A DNA stretch of 63,294 bases, filler included, from Sphacelaria rigidula (taxonomy: Eukaryota), in NCBI GenBank assembly GCA_964200075.2. It is 7 parts of 7 records of this genome, joined end to end, with 100 filler letters (N's around TTAATTAATTAA, not from the genome) between each part and the next. Parts side by side here need not be neighbours in the genome. Positions count along the whole stretch, not along the records: positions 54,339 to 63,294 come from CAXNAA020009663.1; 6 more parts are not named here. One strand, written 5' to 3'. This document shows, piece after piece, positions 61,550-63,294 of this stretch. The position numbers and the translations under genes were made by a program. The notes under the pieces were generated by a model. That model had not been told where the DNA came from. It saw only the letters and a program-made list of their open reading frames with translations, and made no database searches. Within the stretch, counting starts at the first letter, position 1. The number at the start of each line of letters is the position of its first letter.

Positions 61550-63112
61550 GACCTAGTAATGCTGGTATTTGGAGACCGTAGCAATATAACGGGAAAATTA
61601 TTAAAATATAAATGCAGTGACGCAGGACTGTACTGCCTGGCAATAGGAAACGCAGAAAGGGAGGGAGAACACTTCCGAGTCATGCTAAAACAAAGCGCGA
61701 GCAAGGAGCGGGAAACGGTAGAGACAAGTAAGGTGTTGGCATGAGTTAGAAGGGAGAGTACGACGGAGAGTATGCATAATCAATGCATCAGCTAGTGTAA
61801 GACGTAGTCCGCGGGCAAACGAAGGAAAGGGGAAGCAGGAACAATTAAGTGCCCGGAAGGAAAAGGGGAGGGGACGTAGCGGCTCACAGCAAACAAAGAC
61901 CAAAACTGGAAACGGGGGGAAAAATCAAGCAAGGGAGAATATAAGAAATAACGACGGAGAGAGGACAACAGACGAACGGAGAGTGGAGGATGACTCGAAC
62001 AGAAAGTTGAGAACAGGAACGTGTGTGGATCCGTCACGGACAAGCGTAGAAGAATAGAGATAGCCGAGCAAGTGGTTGAGCGCGATATATAGTTGGAACC
62101 CAAGAGTCATATATATATATATATATGTATAGTAGAAATCCAAAAGCCATATGTATATATATTTAGTGGGAATCCAAGAGTCAGGGGAGAAAGAGGAGGC
62201 GGAAATAGGACGCAAAGTTGGAGAGTACACATGGATAGGGAGAAAACTGGAGGGGACTAAACCCCAAGAACAGGGGAGCGCGGGGAGTAGGATTCTTAGT
62301 CAAGGGATACCTGTGCGACATCATAGAAATGATTAAAAACACGAAATTCGACGAGAGCATATGGATAAGGGTACCGAGAGAGCGGGGAACGAAGGACTTC
62401 TTCGTAGGGAACATCTATGTATGCCCCCAGAATCGAAGAGTACGGTCAACGATATACAGCAAAGCTTTGGAGAGATTGCAGCAGATGCATGGAAATATAA
62501 AAGGCAAGGAGAAGTTATGTTAGTGGGAGATTTTAACGCAAGGGTTGAACAAGTAGGTCAACCGGATAATATCATCGAGCAATACGGGGAAAACAACACG
62601 AATGGGGTAGAAATGCTGAGGTTTGTTGATTATAACGAGATGAAGACGCTGAACGATAGAGCACGAAAGCCAGAGGCACAATGGACACGGACTAGCAAAT
62701 GTAAAGACGAGAGAGAACACTCCGTCCTTGACTATATAGTGCTGCTAGACTATGGAAATAGTGAATAAATGGAAGTACATGTATGCACAGAGGACATGGG
62801 AATCATTGCCTGATATGGACAGAAAACCAAAAGACGAGAGCTAAAAGTAATAAGCGGGATAGGAAGTTGTACAAATGGAGAATATATAAAGTAGAAATCG
62901 AAGAAAAACAATAAGAGTTCCAAGAAGAGACAGCCAAAAATGCAGTAAAATTCTCCGAGCTGTTGGAAAGCGTAGGTACAGTTGATACCGGAATGGAAAG
63001 GGATCGGGCAGGAGCAATTATAGGAGGGTGGGTGCAGTGGGTCCAGAACACGGCAAGTAAAGTCATGAGGAAAAAACTCATCGTATGTAACAAAGCAGTA
63101 AAATGGTGGGAT
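61550..63112 (+). mobile_element. LINE remnant of the same family (APE endonuclease), degenerate
   Basis: LVGIQES, ESIWIRV, FFVGNIY, MLVGDFNARV, SVLDYIV with frameshifts and stops. Confidence 0.85.
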
Positions 63113-63119
63113 TTTATTA

Positions 63120-63173
<54 letters not shown>

Positions 63174-63203
63174 TTATTATTATTATTATTATTATTGTTA
63201 TTA

Positions 63204-63234
<31 letters not shown>

Positions 63235-63250
63235 CATTATTATTATTATC

Positions 63251-63281
<31 letters not shown>

Positions 63282-63294
63282 GTATTAGTATTAG
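63113..63294. repeat. (ATT)n microsatellite grading into (ATTAGT)n
   Basis: Direct reading. Confidence 0.97.

Noticed and set aside
62803-63252. ORF with poly-Ile/poly-Asn
   Set aside because: Translation of the (ATT)n microsatellite and antisense LINE sequence

Overview
Eukaryotic, intron- and transposon-rich DNA, most likely from a brown alga (Phaeophyceae); this is inferred from the EsV-1-7 repeats, a heterokont-type SP+SAF presequence and the TE content. The window is not one locus. It is seven contigs of near-identical length (8957, 8957, then five of 8956 bp) joined by artificial N44-TTAATTAATTAA-N44 linkers, so linkage across the gaps is meaningless. Genes I can reconstruct are: (i) six phase-0 exons of a divergent dynein heavy chain (DHC_N2 region, minus strand, 9300-17759); (ii) an intronless array of about 20 EsV-1-7-type 38-aa C-x4-C-x16-C-x2-H repeats (33219-35430) with a near-invariant scaffold and two hypervariable windows, a candidate modular TALE/zinc-finger-like recognition code; (iii) a complete 10-exon thioesterase II-like gene lacking the catalytic Ser and His (48903-52784), head-to-head with the first exon of a probably plastid-targeted Maf protein; (iv) a probable SAP-domain exon. 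The rest is Copia, Gypsy, LINE and hAT remnants, a tRNA-derived SINE, several MITE families (including self-chaining TTAA elements), long foldbacks and minisatellites.
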